From positions 244,246 to 308,245 of the forward strand of contig JBMOPW010000007.1 in the NCBI GenBank assembly GCA_049322915.1: 64,000 nt of DNA, read 5' to 3'. This stretch comes from Candidatus Zhuqueibacterota bacterium. Its GTDB lineage: Bacteria; Zhuqueibacterota; Zhuqueibacteria; Thermofontimicrobiales; Thermofontimicrobiaceae. How positions within the stretch are numbered: the stretch's first letter is position 1; every line of letters starts with the position of its first letter. Positions 63,789 through 64,000 of this stretch are shown in pieces. A program made the position numbers and the translations under genes. Below the pieces are notes generated by a model that saw nothing but the letters and a program-made list of their open reading frames with translations, was not told the origin of the DNA and searched no databases.

Positions 63789-64000
63789 GTGAGAATTGGT
63801 GAAGTGGCTGTTATCAGTCAAGATGGATATGAGAAAGAGACGTTTATCCGTTCCATCTGCGCAAAAATCGATATTAAAAATGAGACCATTAGTTTCGGCC
63901 GATTCGAAGTGAACGACCAGCTATCGCTTCATTTGTATGGTATCAGCGTGCAGAATGGCGAGAGCACAATGTCGTGGGACCTCATATCCCACAAAGCCCT
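63789..64000 (+). CDS. Partial gene (runs off the window): degenerate MglA/CvnD-like small GTPase
   Basis: Manual translation from GTG after GGAGG: MRIGEVAVISQDGYEKETFIRSI...SFGRFEVNDQLSLHLYGISVQ...WDLISHKA. Confidence 0.65.
   Translation, partial: MRIGEVAVISQDGYEKETFIRSICAKIDIKNETISFGRFEVNDQLSLHLYGISVQNGESTMSWDLISHKA

Overview
Bacterial chromosomal window, all real genes on the + strand; gene content suggests a non-Bacteroidota FCB-group lineage such as KSB1 or Calditrichota (inference). 1-20.2 kb: complete str-S10-spc-alpha ribosomal superoperon (rpsL to rplQ, with fusA, tuf, secY, adk, map, infA, rpoA, and an rpmJ missed by the ORF track). Its EF-G has non-canonical domain IV tips. 20.7-34.7 kb: a FIST (NosP-like) sensor and four tandem hybrid histidine kinases (HisKA-HATPase-REC-REC), none with an HPt domain. 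35.7-47.1 kb: a type IV pilus/T2SS-like operon without pilT, containing a 1102-aa protein that looks like pseudo-HPt + acidic linker + PilM + PilN, and a lipoprotein secretin. Two copies of a 161-bp MITE with 4-bp target duplications lie in this region, each nested in further inverted repeats. 48-59 kb: an Ig-repeat surface protein with a type-B T9SS C-terminal signal, a PorP/SprF-like partner, an ExbB/TolQ fused to Ig-like domains, two ExbD/TolR proteins and a TonB-like spacer protein. 59.5-64 kb: a stand-alone cyanophycin-synthetase N-domain-like HxxEH protein, two D-to-E pseudo-receiver/DUF4388 proteins and degenerate MglA/CvnD-like GTPase domains. No rRNA, tRNA or CRISPR array was seen. 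Domain calls are by-eye motif recognition, not database searches.
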